DNA of 64,000 bases from sequence record OP079919.1. One strand, written 5' to 3'. The position numbers and the translations under genes were made by a program. Shown one piece after another: positions 41,501 to 50,420 of this stretch (position 1 is the first letter of the stretch; every line of letters starts with the position of its first letter). The DNA comes from Klebsiella phage KPN8. Below the pieces are notes generated by a model that did not search any database, had not been told where the DNA came from, and was given only the letters and a program-made list of their open reading frames with translations.

Positions 41501-41928
41501 GGGGAAGGATAGACCACGAAGCCAATAAACACGATGACCTGGTTATCGCTTGGTTGTTAGGATTCTGGTTCTTGAAACTGGGTAACAATAAAAGCGAATA
41601 CGGAATTCCTCCAGGTATTAGTTTGAGTAAAATCAGCTTGATGCGTGTTGGGGACGATAAAAATGAGGAAACCAACAGTGCGCACAATGAAGCGATGATC
41701 GCACTCTATCGTCGTAAAGTTGAAGAGCTGAGTGACAGACTCATTAAAACCACCGACAATACCGTAGCTCAAAGGATCGAGTACATGATTGACAAACTCA
41801 GCAGCATGATCCCTCAAGATAAGCGTAAGAGTTTGACCATCGATGAAATCGTTAGAAAGGCCAAGGAGGAAAGAAGTCGTCGAGTATTGGAAGCGCGTAA
41901 GTTACGCAGTCGTTACGCGTACATGTAA
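38530..41928 (+). CDS. terL: terminase large subunit interrupted by an intein
   Basis: Exteins carry the P-loop-like RQFGK|...|T (39061-39078), Walker B MIDEPAY (about 40425-40445) and the nuclease motif VVGCDTSAAQNRDACTVVIRD...HDDLVIAW. Start is taken at the ATG at 38530 after the terminator hairpin; the track ORF 38365 extends upstream through the hairpin. Confidence 0.75.
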   Translation: MFASKDELELHLAREKLAMIGATESQLPEYLLDDDTEALPIRTPEELLLAHYREDTLSAIKTVRFLKDFERYNAKPDLTTKNISFLKVAEIFRLMGIKNYYFCLQLNNPLLIGVDPYDPNLTDEQKFMILQECRENFWYFLREVLHLSGGIQFQANRANICFLWCYLCHVNTMLIIPRQFGKNSRLDSLVKIPNGWKKMGDMRKGDVVSTPDGKTAKVTGVYPQGVTPLYKVTFKDGRESYVGSDHYWTVWDPGKGDGGVWRTLTTLECQQRMTEMKKAHNYLSVPLVQPDNDPDKKLAIHPYVLGVLLGDGCISNKSVVVAKPDKEMFDKVTGLIPESLETSWVDDKSFIIRRKPTNITQNNQLKDDLTNLDLFGLRSWEKFVPTDYLNGSYRQRLELLQGLLDTDGHAGTGGNIEYCTTSPKLAKDFVYLARSIGAICSCKERHTYYTHNGERRQGRLSYRISVRHTQPWELFTLSRKRDRLVDKTRGLKFNSRLTMRSIEYVGEEETQCIEVDHPDHLYIMDDFVVTHNTVSAQSIMFWLTYLTGKSYESHLITLKDDNRSQFVEALKGIRNNIPSYLTNVGWRDKDSGNSLTYSAFGDDKKNIFRISVPQIGREAARNVGRGLTIKTRMIDEPAYINFMEEILNGAGPSTLTARANARRIGEPYGTGFITTPASKTTASGEYMYNMLMDATEWRETFFDSFNESHLYQRLIKASPVEGITSPTVGMVFNYLQLGRNKDWVKKTIDELKLSLAEAKIDLLLMWDDASKGKLFDDLTREALNEGKRGILWSQEVGSTGLFIDWFITPEEHTQIITGNSQTFYVVGCDTSAAQNRDACTVVIRDVMDGKVIGVGRYPIAYLMDVGEVLQTILLEIKNSLLIIERNFAHHMIDQLLVSLPALGIDPFKRIFNQIVQDPVKYEKEMIEFKQRNFANRDSHFYLRFKHLFGFVTNAKTRDEVYSFIQEAVGTTGDKIYYTKLIDELVNLKEKGGRIDHEANKHDDLVIAWLLGFWFLKLGNNKSEYGIPPGISLSKISLMRVGDDKNEETNSAHNEAMIALYRRKVEELSDRLIKTTDNTVAQRIEYMIDKLSSMIPQDKRKSLTIDEIVRKAKEERSRRVLEARKLRSRYAYM
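39079..40125 (+). mobile_element. intein with LAGLIDADG homing-endonuclease domain inside the terminase P-loop
   Basis: N-terminal block SRLDSLV (intein block A-like), two LAGLIDADG motifs (LGVLLGDGCI and LLQGLLDTDGH), C-terminal VVTHN followed by Thr (+1 extein). Length is 349 aa. Confidence 0.7.
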
Positions 41929-41940
41929 ATTTTTATAAGT

Positions 41941-41955
41941 CTACATTATCATGGT
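41941..41955 (+). promoter_or_regulatory. conserved 15-mer CTACATTATCATGGT (candidate promoter element)
   Basis: Second copy of the motif; 35 nt upstream of the ATG at 41990. Confidence 0.4.
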
Positions 41956-41989
41956 GTAAACCTCAAATAAACTTTTAGGAGCTAACACC

Positions 41990-42205
41990 ATGAATAAATA
42001 CAACGTTACTTTTATCCGTCACGACGATACTCTGGTCGCTAACGTTCCTTGTGTCAACGAGGAAAAGGATGTGTTACTCGGAGGTGGGTTGGTCGATTCT
42101 CGTTTAGGTCATCTCGAAGTCGATATCAAAACGGGAACTCTCGTTCTCAGATCCAATTGCGCCAACGATTCACTCACGACGGAATGTCGCCTGCATTACA
42201 TTTAA
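41990..42205 (+). CDS. hypothetical small protein (71 aa)
   Basis: TTTTAGGAGC leader; conserved CTACATTATCATGGT motif 35 nt upstream; followed by a perfect 13-bp hairpin. Confidence 0.65.
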   Translation: MNKYNVTFIRHDDTLVANVPCVNEEKDVLLGGGLVDSRLGHLEVDIKTGTLVLRSNCANDSLTTECRLHYI

Positions 42206-42210
42206 CATTA

Positions 42211-42240
42211 TACCCCTACGGCGATTACGCCGTAGGGGTA
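42211..42240. terminator. bidirectional terminator
   Basis: TACCCCTACGGCG-ATTA-CGCCGTAGGGGTA, a 13-bp stem, followed by TAGTTTTTATTT. Confidence 0.8.
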
Positions 42241-42250
42241 TAGTTTTTAT

Positions 42251-42856
42251 TTAGTTTTTAATGTAATCCACTAACGCTTCAAAATCACCGTCGTAGAAAT
42301 ACGGTTTAATTTTGATTAAAGAACAAGCCGCAGACAGAGCATTTTCGTAACGATGAACGAATCGCTCAAAATACTCTCGGTTGAGAAGACGGGTTTCTTG
42401 ATCATCTAAAATCGATCTGGATCCCGCTCTTTGTAAAAACGTATCGTGATCGATTTTTACAAAGATAAGTTTATCGGGGTACATTTGGGTGCTGAATATT
42501 TTTAAAGCCTTTACGTTGCGTTCTATAACACTGTAAAGACCTATTCGACCATTACCCTGATAAACCGCAGTAGAAATGAAACAGCGATCGGAAATAACCG
42601 TCTTACCTTGGTTTAAAGCAGGAACAACAACTTTATCCCCTAACTCTATTCGCTGAGCAATAGCGAGATAAAGTTTTGCTTCTTCACAAATCCCATTATC
42701 GATAATGAGATTACGGATGGTTAACAAAGAGTCTGGAGACTTAGCCGGTTCCTCCACTTGAAGAACGTCGTAATTATCGGCCTTCAATCTCTCTGTTAAC
42801 TGTTTAGTTAAGGTTGACTTGCCCGCCAAGTCCATGCCTTCTAGAACAATGTACAT
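42251..42856 (-). CDS. tmk: thymidylate kinase
   Basis: YIVLEGMDLAGKST P-loop, DRCFISTAVYQGNGR and lid motifs match E. coli Tmk (YIVIEGLEGAGKTT, DRHDLSTQAYQGGGR). Confidence 0.9.
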   Translation of the reverse strand: MYIVLEGMDLAGKSTLTKQLTERLKADNYDVLQVEEPAKSPDSLLTIRNLIIDNGICEEAKLYLAIAQRIELGDKVVVPALNQGKTVISDRCFISTAVYQGNGRIGLYSVIERNVKALKIFSTQMYPDKLIFVKIDHDTFLQRAGSRSILDDQETRLLNREYFERFVHRYENALSAACSLIKIKPYFYDGDFEALVDYIKN

Positions 42857-42926
42857 AGTGAATTTCTCCTGTAGATTTCTATCACTATAACTTATTTATA
42901 ACCGTTTTATTTTAGGAACCAACATC

Positions 42927-43370
42927 ATGACCGAAGAAGAATTTAACGAGAAAGTAAAGGCTATTGCCGACGAACGGCAGATACCGGAAGTTTTCGCCGA
43001 ATACATCGTTATTAGAGAATTTCTTCAATCTGACTCGTCATTCAAAATCGCTGACCATTTAGTCCGCATAGAGGAGTACGAGTACCGTAATATCAAGATT
43101 CCGCCAGAAAGATATGTATTTCGCCCTAGTATTTATGCGGCGGTCTCTGAACCCGCGGCTAACAAAAAAATAATAGGTTTAAAATTATACATCTTTGATT
43201 ATTTCCATAATCTCAAACCGGGGTTAGTCTTTGCCTCTAACGAAGAGGAAGCGGTTAAACTTATCAAAGAACGCGGGGTAACCGGATTGCCAGACAGGTT
43301 TTATTCCACGGTTAAAGAAATAGAAATTCCTACTCACTCAACTTACGTTCGTTACGCTACCGGAGAATAA
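42927..43370 (+). CDS. hypothetical protein (147 aa)
   Basis: TTTTAGGAACC leader. Confidence 0.75.
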   Translation: MTEEEFNEKVKAIADERQIPEVFAEYIVIREFLQSDSSFKIADHLVRIEEYEYRNIKIPPERYVFRPSIYAAVSEPAANKKIIGLKLYIFDYFHNLKPGLVFASNEEEAVKLIKERGVTGLPDRFYSTVKEIEIPTHSTYVRYATGE

Positions 43371-43372
43371 AA

Positions 43373-44053
43373 ATGGAAAAGAAAAAAGAACCATCTTTAT
43401 CTGAATCAGACTTACCTAAAAATAAGCTAGAAACCCCATTTGATCTTGTCGACAACTATCAAGAAAATAAAAAGGGGATCGTTGTTATTGTCACGCCCAA
43501 TGAACAACTCCCTAAAGATGCTCAGGGTCGGACCCCTGACTTACGGTCGGACAGTTCTCCTGCTTTTAGAAGAGAAGATCTTTTTAAAGCAATGCAAGAC
43601 GTCGATCTGGAAGAAACATATCCGGGTACTCGTAAAACAAATCCTGAGTTATACCGGTCTTCGCCTTATCCAACTCCCGAAAACAAGAATATCTTAAACG
43701 AAGTAACAGGTGGGATGAAGCGAGGAGAACTGAACTACCTTTCTGCTGAAACTGACCCTGAAAAATCTATCTTCCATCCTAAAACTAATAGAGGATCGAG
43801 AACGTTATTGCGCGTTACCGATAAATGGTTCTTCTATCGCGTACATCAATTCCACGACGTTCATCACAAACGTCGTAAAGCGCGTTTCGATAAAATCACC
43901 TTCATGTTACTTCGACACAGTTGGGTCGAATACAAAGAATCGCTTCATAAGAAGAAATATCATATCTTCGATAAGACCCCTCGGGCCAAGGCTGAACGTT
44001 TAGCACTTAAACGTTCCAGAGAAAAGATTAAACCAACTTTGATGATTAGTTGA
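43373..44053 (+). CDS. hypothetical basic protein (226 aa)
   Basis: Lys/Arg-rich; possibly nucleic-acid binding. Confidence 0.75.
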   Translation: MEKKKEPSLSESDLPKNKLETPFDLVDNYQENKKGIVVIVTPNEQLPKDAQGRTPDLRSDSSPAFRREDLFKAMQDVDLEETYPGTRKTNPELYRSSPYPTPENKNILNEVTGGMKRGELNYLSAETDPEKSIFHPKTNRGSRTLLRVTDKWFFYRVHQFHDVHHKRRKARFDKITFMLLRHSWVEYKESLHKKKYHIFDKTPRAKAERLALKRSREKIKPTLMIS

Positions 44054-44361
44054 GGTTAGGCGTGGAGATTCCATTAGTAAGTTCAGGGGTTGGGATGCAC
44101 GATAGGTATTACGAGATAATCAGATATGGTTTTAACGAGTGTTTAAACGGATTGGATGACGAAAACAACCAAGCCAGTTACAAAGATTATCATGGTAATA
44201 CCTTTACGGCATGTCGGCTAAAACCTAATGATGGGTCTGTTCCTATTTATTCTTTCCGGGTAGGAGAACGAACCCTATTAACAGGTGTAACTGATCCAAG
44301 AGCGGTGGACTTAACGGAATACCGTAACCTTTTTAGGTTCATTAAAATCAAAGGCTATTAG
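44050..44361 (+). CDS. hypothetical protein (103 aa)
   Basis: ATGA overlap with the upstream gene. Confidence 0.65.
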   Translation: MRLGVEIPLVSSGVGMHDRYYEIIRYGFNECLNGLDDENNQASYKDYHGNTFTACRLKPNDGSVPIYSFRVGERTLLTGVTDPRAVDLTEYRNLFRFIKIKGY

Positions 44362-44363
44362 CT

Positions 44364-44795
44364 ATGACTGCAAAAACGGTTTATAAGTCGGGTTATCTCC
44401 CTATTCAACTCGAAGGTTGTTCTAAAGAACAACTTATCGATATCAACAACCAGCTTTTTAACAGGCTTAAAGAGCTCCGTAAAAACTACATCCCTGGTGA
44501 TTACGAAATCACTCTCATCACCGACATTCTGAAAGGCAAAGAACCCAAAAAGAATAGTTTCTTTTACAGTCTGACCTGCGTCAGGGATAACAGCTTGTTA
44601 GACCCCCCCATTTCAGAACTTAAAATCAAATTAAATTCTGTGGCAATTTTCCCTTACTCTTGGGTTATCAGGGGTCATAAGGCCAGAAACGATAAAGATC
44701 CCGAAATTAAAAGATTGAAGAAACACCTCTTTCGGATTTATAAACACAATCTTCATAAGCGGTCTAAATTCCATAAATTAAGGAAAGGTCAATGA
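44364..44795 (+). CDS. hypothetical protein with a basic C-terminus (143 aa)
   Basis: ORF 2 nt after the previous stop. Confidence 0.75.
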   Translation: MTAKTVYKSGYLPIQLEGCSKEQLIDINNQLFNRLKELRKNYIPGDYEITLITDILKGKEPKKNSFFYSLTCVRDNSLLDPPISELKIKLNSVAIFPYSWVIRGHKARNDKDPEIKRLKKHLFRIYKHNLHKRSKFHKLRKGQ

Positions 44796-45118
44796 GATCT
44801 TTTACACAACCCTTTACGATACATCGATACCCTAGTGTCGATAAGTTCATAAGGGAACCCGGAAACAAATCTCTGCTGTTATTGAGTTTCTTCAACTTAG
44901 AGATCAAAATCAAGAACGCAGAGCTTAGGGGCCGTTAACAATCCATTTCCAGGAGATGTGTTCTTTACTGAGGAAGTTGGTAACGATAAAATTCTCTTAG
45001 TTGTCCGGGTTAACCTCGGTACCGGGGAACGTTACTACCAACTCAATAATCTGGAATGGGTTGTTTGCACTAACTCTCTCACCGTGAGAGAACTCACTTT
45101 ACTTTTAGGATAATCATT

Positions 45119-45625
45119 ATGAACAATATTAAAGTTATCGGTCAAACAGAACAACGCGTCATCGACAAAGCACGCGCCTACAATAACCTCGTCAATGAAA
45201 CCGATTTCGGAGACGGTAAAATCAAAACGGTTCACGAAGCTATCGTTCAACGCCTGCTCTGTGAAGCAGAGCAGCTCGGTTTAGATATCGATCAAGAGCC
45301 GTTTGCTTCTCTGGGGAATCGCCAATTCACATTCTACCGCGTCCCGGAAGATGCTCATCTCATTCCATGGCACAATCATGTTTTCAACATCTGTCAAGTG
45401 GAAGACAAACTTCAGGCACGTGACGCTAAAATCGTCGCGATGACATTGAACGGGTTTGACTACCAGATCGAGGTTGATTCGGAACGAGGAACTCGTACCT
45501 ACTACCTTAACGGTCAACGTATTTGTGATTGCACCGGTACTCCGACGTTGCAAGATTTCAAAGATCTCTTCTCGGAAGAACGTCGTCGTTATTATCAGCA
45601 GTTAGAGAAGGCCCTACAGGGTTAG
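45119..45625 (+). CDS. hypothetical protein (168 aa)
   Basis: TTTTAGGATAATC leader; antisense ORFs 45035..45250 and 45281..45553 considered spurious. Confidence 0.75.
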   Translation: MNNIKVIGQTEQRVIDKARAYNNLVNETDFGDGKIKTVHEAIVQRLLCEAEQLGLDIDQEPFASLGNRQFTFYRVPEDAHLIPWHNHVFNICQVEDKLQARDAKIVAMTLNGFDYQIEVDSERGTRTYYLNGQRICDCTGTPTLQDFKDLFSEERRRYYQQLEKALQG

Positions 45626-45633
45626 GAGCGAAC

Positions 45634-46125
45634 ATGGATAAGAAAGGCCAAGGTTCTCTTTACGGCAAAATTATTTGTACCGGTTTCAATATCGATAAAA
45701 CTACAGAAGAAGGGTTTGATCTCCTCAGTCTCGTATGGGGAAGAACACCCGGTGAACTTTCGAACTCTGAAATACCTGGGGTGTATTTAGAGCCATTCTC
45801 GCTCAAAGTAGAGAGAGTGGAGCTGAAGATGGCCGAAGAAATATTCGGTGCCGGATGTACGGTAAACTATTCGGGTATAGCGGAAGATCACAAAAGCCAC
45901 GTTTATCATGTCCGAGCGGAGACCTATGGAAGGGGACACTGTCACTTCGGATTAATTTATAATCACGAAACTGAGAAACTCCATTTCATTGAACGCGGTG
46001 ATATTGACATCAAAGAAAGTGAGGGGCTTCAACACGCAACTATTGAAAAACTCATACTTTCTTACGACGTGGTAAAATTCGAAGGTAGTCCGCAAGAATA
46101 TATCGAGTTTATGAAAACTCGTTAA
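45634..46125 (+). CDS. hypothetical protein (163 aa)
   Basis: Internal ATG with TTAGGAGCG leader just after the 45625 stop; the track ORF 45529 start overlaps the previous gene. Confidence 0.7.
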   Translation: MDKKGQGSLYGKIICTGFNIDKTTEEGFDLLSLVWGRTPGELSNSEIPGVYLEPFSLKVERVELKMAEEIFGAGCTVNYSGIAEDHKSHVYHVRAETYGRGHCHFGLIYNHETEKLHFIERGDIDIKESEGLQHATIEKLILSYDVVKFEGSPQEYIEFMKTR

Positions 46126-46132
46126 AACCAAC

Positions 46133-46182
46133 TATACTCTCCTCCCCTTATCGGGGAGGAGAGTATAACTTATTTTTTTTTC
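46133..46182. terminator. bidirectional terminator
   Basis: TATACTCTCCTCCCC-TTATC-GGGGAGGAGAGTATA, a 15-bp stem, followed by T10. Confidence 0.8.
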
Positions 46183-47673
46183 TTACTTGTACGCGTCTTT
46201 AGTCAGCGTTCGTAAAACGATATACAACATCAGACTCGTTCTTAATGAACTTACTGTAATTCGGGTTTTTATCCCCGTCAGTTGTCTGACAATGTCATCG
46301 CCTTCATCTCGCATCTTAAAGACACTTTGGTTTTGGCTACGGCTACTGAGATACGCACCCCGCATTCGACGTAAGACTTCTCTCAGGTCGTTAGCCCGAA
46401 TACCGTTTTCCGTTAAGTATTCGAACAGGTGGGTAGTAACTTCATCGACGAACTCTTTGTATTTAGTTCCCTTTGGCGAGTTATACTGATCGGGGAATAC
46501 CCGGATAATTCGCTCCAGTTTATCCCTGGGAGAGTTGTCAATGGCTTCCGCAGCGTAACCTACCAGCTCGTCCTTGTAAAATCCAGCAGAAGAACTGAGG
46601 ACATTTTGGATGTAGTTTTTATACTGAGTTACGTTCTTCGTCACCTCTCGTACGCTTACTCCGTCTTCCAGCGTGACCATCCCACCGTCCAATCTGACGA
46701 TATTGGTTTTCGATTTCACTTCATGGAAAACTTTGTTAATGTCGTTGATCACGCCTCTGAGTCGATCCTGGATATCACCGACCATGTAAATGATTTTCTT
46801 GTCATCATCCATGGTGGTAAACGTTTTATAATGGATCCCCGTTTTGGGATCTAAAATAAACTCAGCCCTGGCTCGGATTAACGCCATCCAACTACCGTAA
46901 CGTTTGATGTCATAACGCATGCTTAAACGGTTATAAGTTTCCATAGCGATCTCTTTCTTCGCCAGGTATTTATAATCGTTCGCCATAATACTCGTCAAAC
47001 ATTTGTAATGGTACATCGCTAAGATGTTAACCATCGCATTGTGTTTAACGCGGTCATGGAGATCGCTATGAAACGTCCGGTACAGCAGGTAAACGATGCT
47101 TAGGTTGAACACGTCACCGGTGACTTTCCAGGTCGCATTGATCAGTTTACAGGCGTGGAGGTTTTCTCGTAACTCTTCTTCGTCGACATCGAAGATTTCA
47201 GCGAACCAGCGGTTTCTGTCTTCTGATGTGAAAACGATTCGGTGGATACCTAAATAGGGATTACCAAAGAATTCCACGTACTGTTCGTTCTTGGTGGTAA
47301 ACCCAATGACGTACCGGGTCAGTCTATCGGCCCAACGGTTATCGATTTCTAAATCGTGTCCGAATGCGTTAAACACACCGAGTATCGCGTGATCGGTATT
47401 GAAATTGTAATTGGGTAGCAGAGCTTCAAAACCAGATATCCCAAATGTTTTTTGAAGGAGTTTCTCGATTCCCTTGTCGGGGGTAATCTCCTCGAACATT
47501 TTGACTTCGGGTTCGGTGTCGTACATCCCGTCTTCGACCAACATCGGATCTCCGCTTAAAATCCCGCTGGGATCAAATACCGGTAATCCAGAAAGCTTAT
47601 CGAACCATTGACGGTCGTCATTCTGAAAATAACTTTCAGAACCGTTGAGACGATCTGCGTATTGATTAAACAT
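46183..47673 (-). CDS. hypothetical protein (496 aa)
   Basis: Converges on the bidirectional terminator at 46133-46167. Confidence 0.8.
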   Translation of the reverse strand: MFNQYADRLNGSESYFQNDDRQWFDKLSGLPVFDPSGILSGDPMLVEDGMYDTEPEVKMFEEITPDKGIEKLLQKTFGISGFEALLPNYNFNTDHAILGVFNAFGHDLEIDNRWADRLTRYVIGFTTKNEQYVEFFGNPYLGIHRIVFTSEDRNRWFAEIFDVDEEELRENLHACKLINATWKVTGDVFNLSIVYLLYRTFHSDLHDRVKHNAMVNILAMYHYKCLTSIMANDYKYLAKKEIAMETYNRLSMRYDIKRYGSWMALIRARAEFILDPKTGIHYKTFTTMDDDKKIIYMVGDIQDRLRGVINDINKVFHEVKSKTNIVRLDGGMVTLEDGVSVREVTKNVTQYKNYIQNVLSSSAGFYKDELVGYAAEAIDNSPRDKLERIIRVFPDQYNSPKGTKYKEFVDEVTTHLFEYLTENGIRANDLREVLRRMRGAYLSSRSQNQSVFKMRDEGDDIVRQLTGIKTRITVSSLRTSLMLYIVLRTLTKDAYK

Positions 47674-47681
47674 ATCGTCTC

Positions 47682-48542
47682 CTAGATCCGACTTGGGACA
47701 GCGTTTCTGATGGCGTTGTATCTCCGATCCGGGTCAGAATACGTCATGAGTTTTATCCAGCGAGTTTTAAACAATTCCTCGTACTGGTTAAGACTATCAC
47801 GGTACTCACTGATATCGTCACGGATAATATCAACCTGGACCCCAGAGCGGGCTACTCCTTCGTCGACTTTGTACCGAACTGTTTTCCAGATGTAGTTCTT
47901 GGTCATCAGGATAACTAAGTCGCCAAATACGTCGTAGGCTCTCGGATGTATCGTAGATAACCCATCGTCATAACTCAGGATAAGTTTACCTGTCAGGGAG
48001 AATACCCCACTCGGCGCGCCATGGATCACAAACGAGTTATTCCCGACGAGAGTTATATTCGTGAACGTCTGGGGGATTTCTCGGTTGGGTAACATCCCGT
48101 TGATCATGGAGTTCAATGCATCGTTGACAGTACCTACCCCGCATGAGTCAGCATTGCCAAGTACGCTCATGATTCCACTGGAGGAATTCATCGCCCCCTG
48201 GTAAACTTCCACAACCGAAATAATTTTCCGACCGCCCGTCAAGAAATCAGGGACGTTAACCAGCTGCATCCCTTGGCCGAGATGTTCAATCCGAGATCCG
48301 GTTAAATCAATCAGCTCTGTCACCCCACCCTGGACGTTGCACCGGGGTAGGATGATCGCATGTATAATTTTTTCTCGAATGCCTTGCTGAACGGTGGTCT
48401 GCGCGTACTGGTTATACCAGTTCCCGGTCAGATTCCCGTTAGGGTTCGAGAACGCAAGCTCCAACAGGTACTCGGGGATATCACTCCCGTTGAGAACTTT
48501 GTTGATCGCGTAGTCCACGCAGTTCATAATCAACTCCCACAC
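47682..48542 (-). CDS. hypothetical protein (286 aa)
   Basis: First gene of a minus-strand pair reading out of the AT-rich region. Confidence 0.8.
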   Translation of the reverse strand: MWELIMNCVDYAINKVLNGSDIPEYLLELAFSNPNGNLTGNWYNQYAQTTVQQGIREKIIHAIILPRCNVQGGVTELIDLTGSRIEHLGQGMQLVNVPDFLTGGRKIISVVEVYQGAMNSSSGIMSVLGNADSCGVGTVNDALNSMINGMLPNREIPQTFTNITLVGNNSFVIHGAPSGVFSLTGKLILSYDDGLSTIHPRAYDVFGDLVILMTKNYIWKTVRYKVDEGVARSGVQVDIIRDDISEYRDSLNQYEELFKTRWIKLMTYSDPDRRYNAIRNAVPSRI

Positions 48543-49685
48543 TGAGTTTCGGGACTGGAGAAATTTCCGTCTCGATAAAAATTCAACTGAGAATTTTTAC
48601 TCTGGGGTTTTCGGCGGTTATAATATTTCACTGCGGGAATTTAAAAACTCAACGGGTTTACGATCCCGTATGTTTTTGAGTTTTATTTCCCGTATAAAAT
48701 ACTCCGTGCCGTAAGACAACACCCCACAGAAAAAACCTCGCCTTCGGAAAAATTCCTCGAAGGCGAGTTGCCATGATCTCACTCGAGCAAGAATCAATCC
48801 GACATACAATCCCAAACGGTCCGAAATTTTTTCTTCGGAATTTTGGTCATTGGTAAATTTTTACATACAAATCTATTTTATATTTGTATTTTTCGCGTGC
48901 GCGGATATTCCAAATTTTCAAAGATAATCTAAAACCGATTCCAATTCTGGGTTTTTATTTTTCTGTGTTTTGATTTTCCAAATCCAATTTTCAAAAATCT
49001 AAATCTAAAAAATCTAAAAAATTTAATACTCAAAAATCAATTTTTCCTAGGGGTCCTTATTACGCGTGCGTACGCCCGCACGCGTATAAAAAACAAATAT
49101 AATACTACGTATTATATTTTCCTTTGGTTTTATATTTTTAATTTATTAAAAATATATTAATATAAATTATTATATTTTTTATTAGTTTGTTTTTATAAAA
49201 AATATATAAATATATATTTATATATATTTATATTCATTAGGCGCGCGCCAGCGTGCGTGTGTGTACGTGCGCGCACGCGTAATAGAGAAGGGATGATAAA
49301 AATACAGGATTTAATCTGAGAAATTATCCAGAAAAAATCACACAGAGTAAAAAAATATTAACCGGAACGATTTTGAGAAGATTTAATACCCAACCTAGGA
49401 ATTCGTATCAGTCGGATGAAAAAGGGTTTTAGAAATCGATACAGGAAGTTTTAGAGGGTATTCCGATCGAGTTCTCAGGAAAGAATTATTCAGATTAAAA
49501 TATTTTAATCAGGGTAATTAATTTTTACAGTGAATTAAATTTATCGAGACGAGAAGATTTAATCGCAAAGTAATATCTTACGGAGAGTATAATCTTCTGA
49601 ACAGGACCGAGATCTCGAATAGCCAGATGGAAATTATCCATCCGTTCGAAAGTTAACCTGAAATATCCCTAAGAGGCCAAATCCT
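48543..49685. repeat. 1.1-kb AT-rich non-coding region with GC palindromes, iteron-like repeats and repeated 11-mers (candidate origin or regulatory hub)
   Basis: No ORF of 60 aa or more. Contains CGCGTGCGCG at 48895, the inverted repeat TACGCGTGCG-TACGCC-CGCACGCGTA at 49051-49076, the alternating purine/pyrimidine tract GGCGCGCGCC...CGTGCGTGTGTGTACGTGCGCGCACGCGT at 49230-49270, and a ~95% AT core at 49085-49229. AAATCTAAA and TTTTC(C)AAA direct repeats at 48900-49050. GAAATTATCCA twice (49310, 49620), GAAGATTTAAT twice (49367, 49543) and ATACAGGA twice (49292, 49429). Confidence 0.6.
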
Positions 49686-50420
49686 ATGCAACCAGCTAAC
49701 CCATGGAAAAACAACAAACACGTTAAATCACAAGATAACACCACCGCAGACCGGTACGAATCTCTTCTGCGTGAATTACCTGATGCGCTCAATGCGACTC
49801 CCAGAGACCCAGGTTACTTGATCGCTACCAAAAAGATTTTATTAGTACTGGAAATTCTCGAAGGAACTCGATTGTCAGTTCGTGACGTGATGGAAAACGA
49901 GAACCTGATTCGTAAAGTTCACGAGTTACTGGTGGAGTTGGGTTGGAAGCAAGCGATTAGCCGAGGGACTCAGGTTTTTGTTACTCACCAGGATTTAATT
50001 AAACCGGGTGTTTACCGATTGATTGATCTCGATGAAACCGCGATGGGTTACACCAAAGAGATCATGGATCATATTTTATTAGACCGTCGGTTCAGTGTTC
50101 GGGTGGACGGTAACGATATCCGGATTCTTCCTGGAGACCGTAGTGCGAGTAATCCGTTTAGTCTGCTGTCTGCTAACGTAGTAAGTAGCTGGCGTAAGGC
50201 GATACGGGAATACGATAAAACTGTTACCAGTAATCTTATTGGACATCTGACGGTTATCGGCGAAGATACGATGAGTTGCCCGCTCGATTTAAAACTCATC
50301 TTCGCCCTGCTGGATTACCTCGGCTGGCCGGAAATGTATTTAACCGGCGAACAGATCTTATTGAGTAACCCCATGGGTGATTATCAAACCCTCGAGGTGA
50401 ATTTTATCGATCCTGAGTAA
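49686..50420 (+). CDS. hypothetical protein (244 aa)
   Basis: First plus-strand gene after the AT-rich region; GAGG leader. Confidence 0.8.
   Translation: MQPANPWKNNKHVKSQDNTTADRYESLLRELPDALNATPRDPGYLIATKKILLVLEILEGTRLSVRDVMENENLIRKVHELLVELGWKQAISRGTQVFVTHQDLIKPGVYRLIDLDETAMGYTKEIMDHILLDRRFSVRVDGNDIRILPGDRSASNPFSLLSANVVSSWRKAIREYDKTVTSNLIGHLTVIGEDTMSCPLDLKLIFALLDYLGWPEMYLTGEQILLSNPMGDYQTLEVNFIDPE

Noticed and set aside
45035-45553. Minus-strand ORFs 45035..45250 and 45281..45553
   Set aside because: They overlap the well-supported plus-strand gene 45119..45625 and the untranslated gap, and no ribosome-binding site is evident for either.
48980-49020. CRISPR-like or tandem repeat AAATCTAAATCTAAAAAATCTAAAAAAT
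   Set aside because: The units are 6-9 bp, imperfect and without spacers, which is far too short for CRISPR. It is kept only as iteron-like repeats inside the AT-rich region.
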